Source of the DNA: a virus
Taxonomy: Duplodnaviria > Heunggongvirae > Uroviricota > Caudoviricetes
Length of the DNA: 39,213 nt
Virus record (IMG/VR): IMGVR_UViG_2562617057_000005
Reading direction: 5' to 3' (one strand)
A program made the translations under genes and the position numbers. The notes under the pieces are model-generated. The model was not told the DNA's origin. It did not search any database and saw only the letters and a program-made list of their open reading frames with translations. Position 1 is the stretch's first letter; each line of letters begins with the position of its first letter. Positions 36,459-39,213 of the stretch are shown piece by piece.

Positions 36459-36992
36459 ATGATGCACTTAAAAAACATTTCTGCTGGTAATCCTGAAACA
36501 AAAGAGCAATACCAGCTAACAAAGCAATTTAACATCAAATGGCTTTATACAGAGGATGGGAAAAACTGGTATGAGGAGCAAAAGAACTTTCAGCCTGATA
36601 CGTTGAAAATGGTCTATGACCACAACGGCGTTATTATTTGTATTGAAAAGGATGTTTCAGCAATTAATCCGGAAGGCGCAAGCGTCGTTGAGGTTCCTGA
36701 TATTACAGCAAATCGCCGGGCTGATATTTCAGGTAAATGGATGTTCAAAGATGGCGTAGTGATAAAGCGAACTTATACCGGGGAAGAGCAGAGGCAACAG
36801 GCGGAAAATGAAAAGCAAAGCCTGCTACAGCTCGTCAGGGATAAAACCCAGCTGTGGGACTCACAGCTACAGCTGGGCATCATTTCCGCCGGGAATAAGC
36901 AGAAATTAACCGAGTGGATGCTCTACGCGCAGAAGGTCGAATCCACAGACACCTCCAGTCTGCCAGTAACGTTTCCCGAACAACCAGAATGA
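36459..36992 (+). CDS. tail fibre assembly protein (Mu U-like)
   Basis: 177 aa; homologous to the inverted 37021..37548 gene (both begin MMHLKNI.AGN). Confidence 0.85.
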   Translation: MMHLKNISAGNPETKEQYQLTKQFNIKWLYTEDGKNWYEEQKNFQPDTLKMVYDHNGVIICIEKDVSAINPEGASVVEVPDITANRRADISGKWMFKDGVVIKRTYTGEEQRQQAENEKQSLLQLVRDKTQLWDSQLQLGIISAGNKQKLTEWMLYAQKVESTDTSSLPVTFPEQPE

Positions 36993-36996
36993 AACA

Positions 36997-37016
36997 AGGC
37001 CCGATATCGGGCCTTA
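36997..37016. terminator. bidirectional rho-independent terminator between convergent fibre-assembly genes
   Basis: Perfect 20-bp palindrome AAGGCCCGATATCGGGCCTT followed by AATTTTT; A-rich on the other side. Confidence 0.6.
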
Positions 37017-37020
37017 ATTT

Positions 37021-37548
37021 TTACTCAGGCTTTTGTGGCCATTCTGGCTTTGCCGTATCCACACGGCTGACCAGAACACTGTAGCGTTCCCATGCTTCCA
37101 GTCGTGTGCGTTCCTCGTCCGTCGCCATATTCAGCCTGACAGCGCGTTCCAGCGGCTGGATGACTGATTCAGCTTCGGAAAGCAATGCGGCCTTTTGTGA
37201 TTCGGCCTGTTGTTGCTGTTCGTCAGCCGTATAAATCCGTTTAACCACAGCTCCGTCCTTAAACATCCACTTACCGGAATCATCAGCACGACGATTAGCT
37301 GTAATATCAGGAACCTCAACGACGCTATAACCTTCAGGGTTAAGCGTGGAGGCATCTTTGGTGATGGCGACAATAATATTATTTGCATCGTAAACAATCT
37401 TTATTGTGTCTGGCTGAAAGTTCTTCACTTCCTCATACCAGTTTTTTCCGTCCTCAGAGTAAAGCCAGATGACTCCGTGCTTCTTTGTTAACTCATACTG
37501 CTCCACTGTTTTAGCATTACCTGCTTTTATGTTCTTTAAGTGCATCAT
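37021..37548 (-). CDS. alternative tail fibre assembly protein (Mu U'-like)
   Basis: Start at the [10 protein letters not shown] Met pair of track ORF 37021..37581; paralogue of 36459..36992. Confidence 0.8.
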   Translation of the reverse strand: MMHLKNIKAGNAKTVEQYELTKKHGVIWLYSEDGKNWYEEVKNFQPDTIKIVYDANNIIVAITKDASTLNPEGYSVVEVPDITANRRADDSGKWMFKDGAVVKRIYTADEQQQQAESQKAALLSEAESVIQPLERAVRLNMATDEERTRLEAWERYSVLVSRVDTAKPEWPQKPE

Positions 37549-37549
37549 A

Positions 37550-38560
37550 TTAAATACTCGCCACATTATACCAGGTGCCATTTATATACTTTTGCACTGG
37601 CCTGTAATGAACGCCTGCAATATTATCGGCAGAGTTTTTTCCGGTATCCTGTACGTTAATCCCCGTCAGTACATAGCCTGACGGGCACTGAAAATTCCAT
37701 GTTTGCCAGTTGTTCACTCCATAATATTGCTGTGAACCAAGCCGGACATCTTTCACATATCTGGAATCAAAATTGCCATAGTTGCCGGGAATAACTTGCG
37801 AGCCGCAAAGCCAGTTCCCGTTATTATCCATGTACGCCTGACCATCGGTGCCATTGGCTGTCCTTGAGTTATTAATCATGTAGATGCCAAATTGCTTATT
37901 TCCCAGACCGCCAATCATAAATTTGCGGTCGGCATGGTCCTGACGGAGCAAAGCCTGAGCACCATCAGTGGATACCGCATTACGGCCCAGAATAACATTC
38001 TGGTCACGCATATGAATCCACATGCCGGTACTACTGTTAATTGCAAAACGGTTTGCAAATATATCCCCTGTAACATCAAGACCATGCCCCATGCTTATCC
38101 GGCCAGTTCTGAGATTAAGCGTAAAGGGGCGTAGTGGCCCTATATTACCATTTTCCCCTTCATTCTCTCGTGTAGGGATGATATGCAGGCATTCTTCAGA
38201 ACGACGAAAAATGGCACCAAAAGATGAATTAAATATCCTCAGTGCATTGACTGTCGATATTTTCACTTCACTGCTGAAAAGGGCTTCAACAAGAACAGAC
38301 AAAGCATTCCATTTAAGATTCATCAGGTCTTTAGGCCGGGTGCCAATGATGCGGTGTCTCCATTTGAAATATTCATTGCCGTTGTTGCCTGTTTCAAACC
38401 ACATGTAGGAATCGGTGTCTGCATCCGAATTATTTTTAAACCCAATCTTTGCCCAGTCAGTATTTCGAATCCAGGCAAGGATTGAGTCGTTTTCAAAAGT
38501 AAGTCCACCGGACAAGGTATCGCCTGTCTTTTGGACAGCGTTATCAGCCTTGTTTACCGT
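37550..38560 (-). CDS. alternative tail-fibre variable C-terminal segment (Mu S'v-like); no own start, expressed after inversion
   Basis: Open frame runs through the right gix-like site in the same phase as the fibre gene through the left site (both read GLQE across the core); ends [12 protein letters not shown]. Confidence 0.8.
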   Translation of the reverse strand, partial: TVNKADNAVQKTGDTLSGGLTFENDSILAWIRNTDWAKIGFKNNSDADTDSYMWFETGNNGNEYFKWRHRIIGTRPKDLMNLKWNALSVLVEALFSSEVKISTVNALRIFNSSFGAIFRRSEECLHIIPTRENEGENGNIGPLRPFTLNLRTGRISMGHGLDVTGDIFANRFAINSSTGMWIHMRDQNVILGRNAVSTDGAQALLRQDHADRKFMIGGLGNKQFGIYMINNSRTANGTDGQAYMDNNGNWLCGSQVIPGNYGNFDSRYVKDVRLGSQQYYGVNNWQTWNFQCPSGYVLTGINVQDTGKNSADNIAGVHYRPVQKYINGTWYNVASI

Positions 38561-38582
38561 TTCCTGTAAACCAACGTTTTCG
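38561..38582. repeat. gix-like recombination site, right (TTCCTGTAAACCAACGTTTTCG)
   Basis: Inverted copy of the left site. Confidence 0.7.
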
Positions 38583-38631
38583 TCTTTATCCCTACCTATA
38601 CCAACTATGTATTTTTCACGAAACAAAGAGG

Positions 38632-39213
38632 ATGTTTTTTATGCAAATTGGCTATATTCGTGTGTCAACAAATGACCAGAACACGGATTTACAACGCAAT
38701 GCACTGAACTGCGCAGGATGTGAACTGATTTTTGAAGATAAAATCAGCGGAACGAAATCAGCCAGACCGGGATTGAAAAAACTGCTCAGAACGCTATCAG
38801 AAGGAGATACGCTGGTTGTCTGGAAGCTGGACAGACTGGGCAGAAGTATGAAACACCTGATCACGCTTATTGAGGAATTGCGGGAAAAAGGTGTTAATTT
38901 CCGTAGTCTGACGGACAGCATTGACACATCAACACCCATGGGGCGTTTCTTTTTTCACGTCATGGGGGCTTTAGCCGAAATGGAACGTGAATTAATTGTA
39001 GAGCGTACACTGGCCGGACTGGCAGCAGCACGTGCACAGGGGCGTATTGGTGGACGTCGTCCGAAACTGACAAAAGAGCAACATGAACAAATAGCAAGGC
39101 TGATCAAAAATGGCTATAGCAGGAAACAGTTGGCAATTATTTACGATATCGGTATATCGACGATTTATCGTTATCACCCTGTAGAGGAACTTCAAACTCA
39201 AGCTGAGTTGTAA
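38632..39213 (+). CDS. gin: serine recombinase DNA invertase, Gin/Pin/Cin/Hin family
   Basis: 193 aa, complete (stop at 39211-39213). MQIGYIRVSTNDQNTDLQRNAL...VVWKLDRLGRSMKHLI...GRFFFHVMGALAEMERELI..GRIGGRRPKLT matches Mu Gin closely as I remember it; catalytic Ser in YIRVST. Confidence 0.95.
   Translation: MFFMQIGYIRVSTNDQNTDLQRNALNCAGCELIFEDKISGTKSARPGLKKLLRTLSEGDTLVVWKLDRLGRSMKHLITLIEELREKGVNFRSLTDSIDTSTPMGRFFFHVMGALAEMERELIVERTLAGLAAARAQGRIGGRRPKLTKEQHEQIARLIKNGYSRKQLAIIYDIGISTIYRYHPVEELQTQAEL

Larger units (their letters stand above)
35490..38582. other. Gin-invertible tail-fibre segment (Mu G-segment-like, about 3.1 kb)
   Basis: Bounded by inverted gix-like repeats; carries two variable fibre C-termini and two fibre-assembly genes in opposite orientation; invertase gene immediately outside. 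Confidence 0.8.
1566..39213. mobile_element. Mu-family transposable prophage, BcepMu-like layout, Mu-like head genes and P2-like tail genes; truncated by window end
   Basis: Contiguous phage gene set: DDE transposase, MuB-like ATPase, Gam, GemA, Mor, repressor, lysis cassette, Mu-type terminase/portal/F/G/I/T, P2-type tail, invertible fibre segment and Gin invertase. The clcA-proximal boundary is approximate; the other end lies beyond 39213. Confidence 0.85.

Overview
The window holds one host gene, clcA (1..1422, minus strand), followed by most of a Mu-family transposable prophage that starts about 145 bp upstream of clcA (near 1566) and runs past the window end. The layout is BcepMu-like rather than Mu-like. 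A leftward early operon (about 11.5 kb down to 2.9 kb) encodes Ner-like and HTH regulators, a DDE transposase, a MuB-like ATPase, Gam, small accessory genes, GemA and Mor. A rightward XRE-type repressor sits at 11615..11953. A rightward late operon (14.1 to 37 kb) encodes lysis proteins (holin-like, SAR-type lytic transglycosylase, nested Rz/Rz1), Mu-like head genes (terminase, DUF935-type portal, F, G, I, T) and a P2-like contractile tail (sheath, tube, frameshifted chaperone, tape measure, U/X/D/V/W/J/I homologues, tail fibre). The right end carries a Mu G-segment-like invertible tail-fibre cassette with gix-like inverted repeats and a complete Gin-family invertase gene ending at 39213. No tRNA, rRNA or CRISPR array was seen. 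The best candidates for an undescribed system are two accessory loci: an independently transcribed 214-aa membrane protein at the clcA-proximal end (1917..2561), and a 2-kb module between the repressor and the late operon (12.0 to 14.0 kb) with a Dam-like methyltransferase, two overlapping convergent small ORFs and a 141-aa P-loop protein. All functional calls rest on motifs and remembered family resemblance, not database searches. Coordinates I derived by eye from the sequence text (repeats, hairpins, refined starts) may be off by 1-2 nt; in at least one place my reading of the text disagreed with the ORF track by one base.
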